From Octopus vulgaris (lineage: Eukaryota), in assembly GCA_951406725.2 (NCBI GenBank), contig OX597833.1, forward strand, positions 22,506,001 through 22,570,000: a stretch of 64,000 nucleotides of DNA, read 5' to 3'. Under the pieces are notes generated by a model. The model was not told where the DNA came from. It made no database searches and was given only the letters and a program-made list of their open reading frames with translations. Both the position numbers and the translations under genes were made by a program. How positions within the stretch are numbered: position 1 is the first letter of the stretch; every line of letters begins with the position of its first letter. Below, piece after piece: positions 13,700-25,820 of the stretch.

Positions 13700-14170
13700 T
13701 TGTAATCTCAAGGTGCAATTGCATGTGTAGGTTATGTCATGTTTCTGTGGAAGACATCACGCATGTGATTAGCAGCTGTCGTAAAATGTCGTCTCGGTAC
13801 TCCCTCCCTATGCGACACGATGTAGTTGCTAAAACAATTTACAATGCCATACGCAAAAAAGACTGCACTGAAATAAACTTAGAAAATCCTTCTGTTATGG
13901 AACACTTTCATAACCACTAACTCAAGGAATACTGGTGGAATATTCCCATCAAAATTTCTGTCAGATGTAAACATAACAGGGCAGATATTGTTGTTTGGAA
14001 CAAAAGGGCAAAGGTATGTACCATCGTAGAGGTCAGCTGCCCTGCAGATATAAATATCGCTTTGAAAATCGTATTTATGGACAACTGCATCGAAACCGCC
14101 AGCTTCTACATTCAGACTATGAATTCATATTCATACCAATGATAATTGGAGCACTAGGTTTTGTTAGTAA
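13700..14170 (+). mobile_element. 3' coding fragment of an RLE-type non-LTR retrotransposon (R4/Dong or NeSL-like), pseudogenised
   Basis: CRLCx8Hx4C zinc knuckle, RHD motif, HNRADIVVW...IVEVSCPADINI and FIPMIIGALG endonuclease motifs; internal stop and frameshift. Confidence 0.85.
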
Positions 14171-17125
14171 ATACATACATACATTTTTTTCTCTCCTTGT
14201 TTCTTTCTGTGTTCCTTTCTGTGGAAGAGCATAGGCTCGAAACGTTAAAGACTTTTTCAATTCCCGAGCGTTATACTAATACATCTGTTTGTTTTCTACA
14301 CCACCTGTCTTCGTCTTTTTTTTTTTCGTGAATTCTCCCTACATACATACATACATACATACATACATACATACATACATACATACAGGCAGACACATAC
14401 AGGCAGACAGACAGAATGATAGAAAATAGGGACTGAAGAGGACCAAGCGAAGACCTCATTATAACAAATGATGTTTAAATAAAAAAAAAAAAAAGGAAGC
14501 AATTTCTAAGTTTCTGTAACCTTGTATGATCATCATTTCATCCTTTTTTCGCTGAACTTTGTCGACCTCTGTTCTAGGCCATAGACACAATGCTGTGCCT
14601 GTGACAGGATACCAACCACCGATCATCTCAACCTATTATCAAAATATCCTGTCGACTCAGCCATCTGTAACCAACCTTTTGAATAATAAACAAAAAACAA
14701 AAAAAAGAAGACAACAACAGAAAGAACAACTACAATATCATGGTGTACTATTTGCCTTTTTTAATATCGTTTAGTTTTGTTCTCGGTATTTTAGAAAAGA
14801 AGTAGTTTGTTTAAATGCTTAACGATTCCCCAAGCAATCCCACAACGTAGAGGTTAAAAAGAAAACAGACATCAAAAATAAAAACAACAGTGTTTTCCTG
14901 CATAAAATCGTGACTGCATATTTATAAAAAAGGATCGAGGTGGGTGATTCTGTGACGTTTACGTTTTTCTCCGGAGCATTACCACTCTAAATGGAAATGA
15001 ATTGGCTTCAATCAAGCATAGACTTTTAATCATATTTCTTAGTATTCATTCAATGAAAGAAAAGAAAAAGCAAAATGAAAAAAATATTGGCTTTCCTTTA
15101 TCTAGATACCAAGAACTCAGATTTGTTAGAAAATAAATGGGAATTTGCAGCGTTCTCTTCACAATTTCATTAGCGTCATAAGGAAAAAGAGTTTTTAACA
15201 TCAAATGAGAACCGAAAACGAGCAGAGTTTGTTATACGGCGATAACCACATTTTTTTCTCTGTTAAATGAGATATTCGTTGTCATTGAGTAAGTTATCCA
15301 CTTGGTGTATGTTGTCTGTAATGGGTTACGCGTAATCTGTACTCAGAACTAGATTCCAGACAAGTAAAAGATTCTGGGGCAATGACTGAGTATTGATGAG
15401 CTTCGTCGTTACCTTCCTCAGACACATTCGTAGACTTAAGCCAAGAACAAAACACTCGTTGATTTATATAGTACTATATCTTTTTAACAAGCCATGGTAC
15501 GTATTTACAGATGTGTGATACATATTTACAGGTAAGTGACACTGTCAGCATCGCGGCGCTGGTGACAGGTTACGAATCATTGGATATTCAGCTGATAGTT
15601 TCGACATTATCGGCTCGGCCAGCTGTTGACTCTCGTTTGAAGCAACTCATGATTGAAATGTTTAAGGAAATTTATATGAAGAATTTATATTTCCGAAGAG
15701 AATGACCGAAATAAGTGAAATGGTGCCATCTGGAAATAGAAAACCGAATTGCGGATTCTGTTCGTCAAGAATATCGGTCTGTTTAATAACACTTTGAGCG
15801 GATCATTATTTTTTTCGTTTGACAAGACACAAAGTTTAGTGCTTATGGAGAAGAAAAATGGAATGTTGTGAAGTTCATGTCTGTTAGAAAAGCAATAACG
15901 ATCTGAGTGAAGTGAGATATTTTAAACTGGGTATTGAAATAACGTTATTTTTTTGTTTGTGCACAACACTGTTTTAGGTGAGCATGGTCTAACTGTTGCA
16001 GTTACGCCCAGGAAACTTTTGAGAGTTTACATTTGCACAAAGCCAAAAATTTGTAAGGCAGGCGTACGGTCGGTTGCATCGGCTCTAACATTTGAAGCCT
16101 TGCGCCTATCTTAAAAGTCAGTATTAGTTTTGGTCCTCTAAACATTTTAAGTTCAAACTGTGCAAGTTTGTGCTTTCATTCCTTTGGAATTGTTAAAATA
16201 AATATCAGTCATAAAATGAGGCCGATTCAATCGATTAGAAATGTCTCTTACAAATTTGTGGCCTTGTATCAACGTAAGAAGTGAAGCAATATTTTCTGAC
16301 ATAGCCAGACAATCATCGAAAGAAATTGAGTCAAACGACAGTGTATGACTCATCCCTTTTTAATCGAGTCCTCTCCAACCCACAAGGAAGGATAAAAGAC
16401 AGTTGACTATGATGAAACTTGAGCCCAGAATCCAAAAGGATGTAACTAAATAACGCAAGACATTTTGACTCACTGCTCTACTGATTCCACCGGATGGTCA
16501 CCTTCATTATTCCTGATGTGTGTCCGGATGATAGCGGTGGTTGCGATGGTGGTGGTGGTGGTGGTAAATGAGCTAAAATATTTGCAGTTTCAAGTAACAG
16601 CTGCTTTTAAGATTATATATATATATGAAGCACCATTATTAATTTTTTTTATCAGCTGGAGATATCAGTCTTTCAAAAAGTGTGTATTTATAAAAACTGT
16701 TCATTAAAAGCGAAAGATAAAAAATATTTTCTAGTAAATTGGAAGAGCGGTGTTAAAATAAGAATAAAATATTTCATTGTCCTTTCTTGTATGGTCAATA
16801 TGAAAATGTTAAAATATTTTTCTTTTTAAACAAGTAAACTGGCTCCTTTTATAAAACATGATGTAAGTTGGAAACCAATATTTTCTCGTGAATCATATTA
16901 AATTTAAAAGAAAAAAATTCCCGGCGCATTCATTTGAATGTCCTAATTGTGATGGGATATTGACCCAAGATATATATAAAGAATATTCTCCCGTTTTCTT
17001 CTCTTTTCTTCCTTTTTTTTAAAAAAATGTACATCTATATATTCATCTTCAAATTGTATTGAACGCGCTTGTGTATGTGTGAACCCAGACACACTCATGA
17101 AACAAAGAAGCACGCATACATATGA

Positions 17126-17192
<67 letters not shown>

Positions 17193-17385
17193 CGCACACA
17201 CAAACACACATTCAACGTAAGCTGCTGAGTCAGTCCATCTCTACTCAGGGGTATCACGCTGACACAGCGAGACACTTTGAGCAACAACAGAAGAAATCAT
17301 CAGGATTCGAACGAACAAACTCTACTTTCTCTCGTCCGTACATCGCAATATGTATATATGTGTGTGTATGTATAATTATCTATAT

Positions 17386-17470
<85 letters not shown>

Positions 17471-17545
17471 CAGTGCTTATGTTTTCAGTTTATATCAACG
17501 TCAATGGTAAGATGATTTTATATATTTTTTGGTTTTTCAGCATTT

Positions 17546-17802
17546 TCAGGAGTAGCTTGTCACTTCTTTCGTTATATATTCATCGTCATCGATTTCTCTG
17601 ACAGAAATGATCTCGGCGTCGACTTCGCTTTCATCGTCGCTATCGCGGCTTGGAATTTTAAGTGACTCTTTCCGGGAACGTTTCCTCCTGTTACAACATA
17701 CTTGAATACAGAGAGCGAACGAACACACAGAAGCTGTCACGTAACACGTGCCAACAACACAAAAGAGAATCGTATAACTTTCGTACATTTCGTACAGAAA
17801 AC
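17546..17802 (-). CDS. SLC16/MCT transporter last coding exon (GFLYEMYESY...TM12...acidic tail EVTSYS*)
   Basis: Acceptor tttgtttattttcAG, phase 1; GxLYD/E-x-x-x-SY motif, TM12, TGA at 17548-17546; total CDS 1866 nt = 621 aa. Confidence 0.92.
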
Positions 17803-18152
17803 CTGAAAATAAACAAAAAAATAAATAAATAAAAATAAATAAGAATAAATAAAAACTGTTCAGTCGCACAAACTGTGCTCAGTCCTTAATTTACTAAATC
17901 TGATACTTATTCTATCAATATCTTATACCGAATCCTTATGCCGAATCGGCTGTCAAGGCTCCCTCCTCAGTGGAAGATTTATAACAATTAAAAAATAGAA
18001 GAGGCATACATATCACCGTTTCTTCCATACCTGCCATCTCCAAAGAGCGTAGTTATTAGATAATTGTCCGATTATCTCATATTTGGTGCGAAATCGATTT
18101 GTAAGATCAGCTGTAATGGATCTATAATTCAGTATACTTTGATCTCTCTCTC

Positions 18153-18211
<59 letters not shown>

Positions 18212-18212
18212 C

Positions 18213-18308
<96 letters not shown>

Positions 18309-18319
18309 CACACACACAC

Positions 18320-19507
18320 ACGCGCGCGACAGAAGTAAATAGACACCCCATAAAACATAGTTTTATGTTTATTCTAACTTATAAGAAGGTTTATATTCTT
18401 TATTAACTGACATTTTTATGTACAAAAGAAGCCTTGGAAATGTCTGAACTTCAAACAGGCCGTATTGTGGGTCACTCTGAAGGTGGACATTGCGTAAAAT
18501 CGCAGAAAACCTTGGGATCCCGCTTTCTACAGTTAATAGAATGATAGTGCAATTCACCACAGAGGGGAAGGAGTCCTCATCCCCTCACCCAGATCAGTCA
18601 GGGCCCTCTGACAGGACCCTTCTCTTTGCTAAGAGAAGTGTGGAGGACAATCCTCGTTGCAAGGCGCCTGACAGCAGAACAAGTTGATGTTAGTCCCAGA
18701 ACAGCTGTCAGGTATCTACACAAACTTGGTTACTATGGCAGAGCAGCAAGAAGGAAGCCACTTCGTCGAGCAGCCAACATCAAACGGTGAAAAGATTGGG
18801 CCGGTGAGATGGTGGAGAGGCTGCTAGCATTTTGGGACACTGTCATATTCTCTGATGAATCCAGATTTGCTGTATTTCCTAACAGTGGTTGAGTGTGGGT
18901 CTGAAGACACTGTGATCAAGAATTTGATGTGAAAAGATTGCAGCCAGCAATGAAACACTGCAGCTATTCTGTGATGGTCTGGGGAGAAATTTGGAGCAAT
19001 GGTTGATCAGAGCTGGTGGGGTGTGAGGGAAAGATAAACTCAGATAAATATGTGTCCATATTGCAGAAACGACTCCTTCCAATTTTCTCCAGTGGTGAAA
19101 TGATTAAAGAAAACTCTTTATTTATGGAAGATGGGGCTCCTTGATGCACGGCTAAAATGACCCAAGGTTTGTTGGATGAGAATGGCATTAAAAAGCTTCC
19201 ATGGTCAAACCAGTCACCAGATATGAACACTGGGATATAATGGACAGGACACTTCATAAAAAGAACAAGAAAGCATCTTCAAAGCCAGATCTTTTGAGAT
19301 TGCTGTATGAAACTTGGCAAGAAATTCCTAAGGAGAATATTCATCATCTGCTCAGAAACATACTTAATAGGGTCCTTGCATTGAAAAATACAAAACTAAA
19401 TACTAAATATTAAATATTCACATTATAACAATTAATAAATAATTTTAATGTATAATTTGAGACTTAAATAAATTTTAATGATTATAAGGGTGCCTATTTA
19501 CGTCTGT

Positions 19508-19514
<7 letters not shown>
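18320..19514 (+). mobile_element. Near full-length decayed Tc1-family transposon (MCT intron 6)
   Basis: TIRs gacagaagtaaatagacacccc / gggtgcctatttacgtctgtc; [52 protein letters not shown]; stops and frameshifts. Confidence 0.92.
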
Positions 19515-19550
<36 letters not shown>

Positions 19551-19784
19551 TAATACTTTATATGTGCTACGTGCCCGCGTTGTATTTTCTTGTCTTTTTC
19601 CTTCGTTTTTTTAAAAAAATTAATTATATATGTGACTGTGTGGTAAGTAGCTTGCTTACCAACCACATGGTTTTGGGTTCAGTCCCATTGCGTGGTACCT
19701 TGGGCAAGTGTCTACTATAACCTCGGGTCGACCAAAGCCTTGTGAGTGGATTTAGTAGAAGGAAACTGAAAGAAGTCCGTCGTG

Positions 19785-19819
<35 letters not shown>

Positions 19820-20091
19820 ATACACGGTATATACAACTGAAGATCGTAAAATGTACTTAAATAAATTAAATTAATTTTTAAAATTGATTTATTCAGTTTG
19901 TACATTAAACGTAAAACTAGTTTTGTATTGATCACAGTAACTAATAAAATAGATTTCATTTATCTCGCCCGCCTTACATCATTTTCGTATCAAGGAGAAA
20001 AGTTCGTTTGTTTTTATTATAAAAGCAACGGCCATTCAACACGCATGGAGTTGGCTTAACTGCTCTTTTTCCCTGTCTGTCTGCCTCTGTC

Positions 20092-20188
<97 letters not shown>

Positions 20189-21335
20189 GTATGTGTGTGT
20201 ATAGGTTTGTGTGTATGTGTTAGTCCCCCAAACATCGCTTGACAAACGATGTTGGTGTGTTTACGTCTCAGTAACTTAGCGGTTCGGCAAAATAGACCGA
20301 TAGAATAAGTACTAGGCTTACAAAGAATAAGTCCTGGGGTCAATTTGTTCGACTAAAGGCAGTGCTCCAGCATGACCGCAATCAAATGATTGAAACAAGT
20401 AAAAGAATATATGTATATATATATAATATTATATATTATGTATATATATATATATAGCATGGCGATTGTCCAATGACTGAAACAAGTAAAAGATACCTGA
20501 CGGTATTCCACATAGTTTCAGCCTACCAAATTCAGTCACAAGCCATTGGTCAATCGAGGACTCCTGTTGAAAACACTTGCCCAACGTGTCGCGCGGTGGG
20601 ACTGAACCCCAAAGCACGTAGTTACAAAATGAGCTTCTTAAGCACAAAACCATGTACGCATTTATGATTCTATCGATCTGTTATTTTTTTCCATTCTAGG
20701 CACAAGGCCCAAATTTTTTTGGGGTGTGGGGCCAGTCGATTAGATCGACCTCAGTATGTAACTGGTACTTAATCTATCGACTCCGAAAGGATGAAAGGCA
20801 AGATCGACCTCGGCGGAATTTGAACTCAGAACGTAAAGACAGACGAAATACTGCTAAGCATTTCGCCCGGCGTGGTAACGTTTCTGCTAGCTCGCCGCCT
20901 TCTATTGATCTTTTATTAGTATCTTTCAGTCATTTGAATATTTAAAATATTCATGTACTAGTTTGATCCTTTTGGGTTGCTGTTATGCTGGAGAACTGTC
21001 TTCAAAGGTTTTATTTAATTATATCGATATAAAGTTGACGTACATATATTATGGAAATCTGATTGCCAGCCGGCAAATCTAGCCGATAAATCGACATCGA
21101 TGTAAATCAATAATTAAGGACTCCATGGTATTTTTGTTTAACGCACCGGTACACGGCCTACACACATATGTATATGAATGTGTGTGTGTGTATCTGTGTG
21201 TATGCGTGCATGTGTTTGTGTGTATGTGTGTGTGTGTACGCCTCCCTCTTTTTCCTTCTTGAACTGAGCGTCAGCTTAATACATTCACTGCCTATATCCT
21301 TTTGGGTTCTGTGGTTTTTATTTTTGCTTTTATCA

Positions 21336-21398
<63 letters not shown>

Positions 21399-21431
21399 CT
21401 TCTCTCCCACTCTCACGCACATGCTCTGTGA

Positions 21432-21470
<39 letters not shown>

Positions 21471-21587
21471 CGTTAAGTATGATATATGGATAAAGATTTT
21501 ACTCCAGAGCTGCTTCCTTTGCATAATCCGAATACACACACACACACACGATGGATTTCAACACAGTTTTTATTTATCAATATCCAC

Positions 21588-22229
21588 CAGTGGCGCCTCG
21601 TGTATAGGCACTGCGGAACTGTAGCACCCCCTATTTCCACTCGATATTATCGATAACATTCAATATAAAGAGTCCTTTTTCTTTAATTATTTCTTTATAC
21701 TTGTACGTTATATAATCCTTAAGATTAATGTCAGTGGTCATTCCCTAGTTTATGAAAAAAATACAAAAATTCTTGTATAGAACTGTGAGCTTCACAGTTC
21801 CAGTGCGCATGCTCACATGTCCGAGAAAGGGAGCTTTACATTAGGAAGAGAGAGCACCGCGTGAACGAAGGTGCCGGGTGAAAGGTAGTGTTTCTTTTTG
21901 ATTCCGCTTGTGCTGTGCTTAAAAACGTGTTTATATTCTTGAATGTGATAAAGTGTAGAAGTAAGTTATCATCCTGCTTCCAGCTTCAGTGTTGCTGCCA
22001 GGATTTGGAAAATAGGGCACATTTCCCCACCTCTTATTTTGTGATTTAGTGGGGACTTTTGAAAAACAAGGGAGAATTCGCGGCGGTGTTCAGTGAACAT
22101 ATTGAACACACCACGCGTTTATGTATGACTTTTCTTTTATATGTTTGTTTCCTTTTATACAGTATTAAAACAACTGCTAAATTTTTCTAAAGCAGTACCC
22201 CCTCTCATTTTATCTACGAGCCGCCACTG
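21588..22229. mobile_element. hAT-type MITE with 8-bp TSD inserted in a SINE remnant
   Basis: TIRs cagtggcgcctcgtgtata / tatctacgagccgccactg; TSD atatccac (21580-21587) / atgtccac (22230-22237). Confidence 0.8.
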
Positions 22230-22335
22230 ATGTCCACACACAAAACATTGGTCAAACCGAGCGTAAGTTCCAGTACATCTTATAACGTTCTGAAAGTTGG
22301 CCGTGAAAAACGAAAGAGGTAAAATAAAGTAAATG

Positions 22336-22763
22336 ATAATTATTAGCAACAGAAGCAATATTAATATCAAAAGGTAATATTTATTCCCACTTAAAAGTGG
22401 ATGTTGTGTTAGAACACGGTATACTGCGATAGTTACCACGAGAGAAACTATCATATTGGCTTTCAGTGTATATAAGCACTCTTGTTTACATCACTAGCAG
22501 AGAGATAAATCACTCGCAATCGTCACAGCGAGATTACCTGATCGCGTGATTTCGGCCATCTCTAGCCTTGTCAATGGCAGATGCATGGATGCTGGAGATA
22601 GCGACGATATCTCTGCTCGCAATATGCGTAGAATCACAATGCCTAAGCAGGCATTGGTGCCACTAATAACCAATGTGTTTATCAAAAAAATAATTACTAG
22701 CGATAGAAGCAGTATTAATATCAAAAGGTAATATTTATCCCCACTTAAAAGTGGATGTTGTGT
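22336..22763 (-). mobile_element. Retrozyme/non-autonomous Penelope-like unit: 354-bp period with about 74-bp terminal direct repeat and internal hammerhead
   Basis: Direct repeats 22336-22409 and 22690-22763; hammerhead fold at 22534-22582 on the minus strand. Confidence 0.6.
22534..22582 (-). ncRNA. Type-I hammerhead ribozyme fold, U3:A8 core variant
   Basis: AUCUGCCA-UUGACAA-GGCUA(GAGA)UGGCC-GAA-AUC(ACGC)GAU-C-AGGUAAU; helices II and III intact, A.A mismatch at the base of helix I. Confidence 0.55.
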
Positions 22764-22785
22764 ATATCCGTGTATTATTTATTAC

Positions 22786-22911
22786 CTGCTAGTGGTGGGC
22801 TGACTGTGAAGCCGATGCCTTGAAATAAGGCCACAACGCCGAACGCATGGGTGAGGTTTTCAATTCCTAAGTGATCAGCAAGTACGATGGTTCGGAGAGA
22901 GACAATTACAG
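22786..22911 (-). CDS. SLC16/MCT transporter coding exon 6 (AVIVSLRTIVLADHLGIENLTHAFGVVALFQGIGFTVSPPLA-G)
   Basis: Not in the ORF track; read manually. Acceptor ttttcttttcctttcAG, donor GTAATA; 126 nt, phase 1-1; DxLG...AFG...PPLAG TM10-11 motif. Confidence 0.94.
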
Positions 22912-22942
22912 CTGAAAGGAAAAGAAAACAATATAAGCATAC

Positions 22943-23047
<105 letters not shown>

Positions 23048-23479
23048 GTTTTCTTACATCAAAGTAAGATCACAAGATTGTTGGAAAAGGGATTAGTCGA
23101 AAGAATTTGTCCCCAGTAAATACGACTTATCAACGTCAGTGAAATGACGGGCTAAAATAAAACTAGGGCTGAATGAATTGAAGAGGCTGATGAGGTCCTG
23201 TCCAGTAGGAAATATAAACGGACTTGACCCTTTGCCTGCCATATGTATCACATTTATTACACACGACATATTTATCTGGTGTCTATGCATCATATATGAT
23301 ACACATTCACAATTATTTTCAACCTCCATACTAACTTGGGATTTATGAATGGAAAGCGTTATATTACTCAGAATGTATGAAACAAGGGCTTACTAAAAGT
23401 CTGAAAATAAGTACGAATGTTTCGGAGAAACTTATGAAAATGCTTTGGACTGCCGGATTTTTTATCTGCCTGTGTTCTA

Positions 23480-23830
23480 GGGAGTGGAGGTGAAGACACT
23501 TTTAAATTGTTCACTGAGTATCTAACTTATCCTTAAAGTCCGCTGTCAGTGAGTCATTCCCTTGGAACAATGGTCCTATTTCATATTGTATTGTGGCTGT
23601 TCCCTTTGCGAATTTATAGAAAGCTACGGGATTTGTTTTTATGCTTTCCACAGCTTTCTTCCCCCTCTCTCCTCTTTCCCTTTCCTGAGAGAATTTGATT
23701 TTGGTTTCGACTTCTAGGAATGTCCGTATTAAGATAGACTTCTCCCTATCCTTAATTTGCCTATTCATCCGCTTTGATACCTTTGACATTCGTCTTATGA
23801 GGATTTTTCTGTCCCTGGGTATCTTGTTTG
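23480..23830 (-). mobile_element. CR1/L2-group LINE ORF2 fragment (endonuclease-RT linker)
   Basis: IKTNPVAFYKFAK...IGPL...LSEQFKSVFT motif series. Confidence 0.7.
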
Positions 23831-24851
23831 TCAGTGTGCTGGCCTTTTAATGTCACAACACAACTTTTTTCAAATTTAATAACGGTTTCTAATTTTGGCA
23901 CAAAGCCAGAAATTTTGATGGGAACGGATTGACCGATAATATCGATTCTGGTACTTGATTAGTACTTTATTATATTGATACTGAAAGGACAAAAGGAAAA
24001 GTTAACCTCGGCGGGATTTGGACTCAATGTAAAGAGCTAGCACAAATGCGTCAAGGCATTTTTTCCGATGGTTTAATGATTCTCCCAGCTCGTCGCCTTA
24101 GCAGCAGCAACAGTAGCAGCAGTAGCAACAGCAACAGCAGCAGCATTAATAGTAGTAACCATCTTGCAATTTGCTTTTGTGTCAAAAGGAATAATGCACA
24201 ATCGATTTTTCTAAAACACGTTTTATAGATAAGTAAATAGTTCATATGTGGAGGCACATGGCCTAGTGGTTAGAGCAGCGGACTCGCGGTCGAGGGATCG
24301 CGGGTTCGAATCTCAGGCCGGGCGATGTGTGTGTTTATGAGCGAAACACCTAAGCATCACGCGGCTCCGACAGAAGGTAATGGCGAACTTCTGCTGACTC
24401 TTTCGCCACAACTTTCTCTCACTCTTTCCTCCTGCATCTTGCAGCTCACCGGTGGGGAACCTATACGCCAAGGAAACCGGGAAATCGGCCCTTATGAACC
24501 AGGTGTGGCTCGAGAAGGACCAAACAAATAGTTCATATATCATAAATACTAAAAATTCTAGATTCGAGAAAAGTAATACTGTCTTGATTTATATTAACTT
24601 GGAGAATTTATGTGTTTGTCAAACATATAGAGAAATCGTAAAAGCTCGAAATCATGGGTAAGCAAGTCAATGAATAACGAGTGAGTAGGATAGTGATGAC
24701 TGATTTTGATGCTGACGACAACGATGCTGATGTTGACCACAACGATAACAATAACGATGACGATTATGATGATGACAACGAGGACGATGATAATTATGAT
24801 GATGACGACGATGACGACGGTAATGATGAGCAGGTTCAGTAAAATACTCAC

Positions 24852-25121
24852 CCATACAAAGGCCGAACACGCCACTGCATACAATGAGACTGGCGAAAGT
24901 GTCACAAAAAATGAAGGCAAAAGAGATAAGTCCAGATATAAGTAGGGCGAAAGTAAACGAATAAACACTGGGAACATCGAAGGAATAAGTCATTAAACCA
25001 ATCAAAATTCGGCCTATAGTGTTTGTGATCCCAATTACCGATACTAATGTGGCACTTTGTGTCAGACTAAGACCTCTATGCATTCCATAATTAGGAAGGA
25101 ACATCATGGCGATCGACTGCA
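24852..25121 (-). CDS. SLC16/MCT transporter coding exon 5 ([13 protein letters not shown]...[13 protein letters not shown]...GVFGLCM)
   Basis: TM7-TM10 with TM8 NxxGR motif; acceptor ttcttcttattccAG, donor GTGAGT; 270 nt, phase 1-1. Confidence 0.94.
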
Positions 25122-25249
25122 CTGGAATAAGAAGAAAAAACAAAAAAACATAAATAAATATAAGATACATTTATTATTAATTGATAAAATTCACAGTAGT
25201 AATGCACATACACACATACATACACACACAAACATTAGTACATACATAC

Positions 25250-25414
<165 letters not shown>

Positions 25415-25780
25415 ATTTCTTCTAATGTTTGAAAATGCGCCTGAATCTCAAAACGTGTAGATGTTTTAAAATTTTGTAATAGAAAAGAACTACACGCACT
25501 ACAACAGAAATTGTAAAAAAAAATGAATAAATCAAAAAGAAGTTTTCTTTGTCTCTATCTTTTTCTCTTTCTTGCCACTAACAAAAATTATAAAAACTCA
25601 ATATGATTGAACTTTCAGTTACGTATATTTGTTATGAACATTTACACTTATATTACAATTTACCCTTGTGAAACTCATTGAAATTTCCTTGAACGTTTGA
25701 ACATTTGATCGTTTGAACACGTTTTTCCGATGTCTACTTTGTAACTTTAAACTTCCATAAACCCTTTATTTATATACTTG

Positions 25781-25820
25781 TACCATTGATAAGCAAAACA
25801 TTGTCGAAACTGATTTGGTA
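25781..25820 (+). ncRNA. Degenerate minimal hammerhead fold, U3:A8 variant
   Basis: UACCA-UUGAUAA-GCAA(AACA)UUGUC-GAAA-CUGA-UU-UGGUA; 5-bp helix I, imperfect helix II. Confidence 0.4.

Noticed and set aside
22410-22724. Duplicated or mutually exclusive MCT exon 6 between the direct repeats
   Set aside because: No MCT-like translation or suitable splice sites; better explained by the hammerhead-containing repeat
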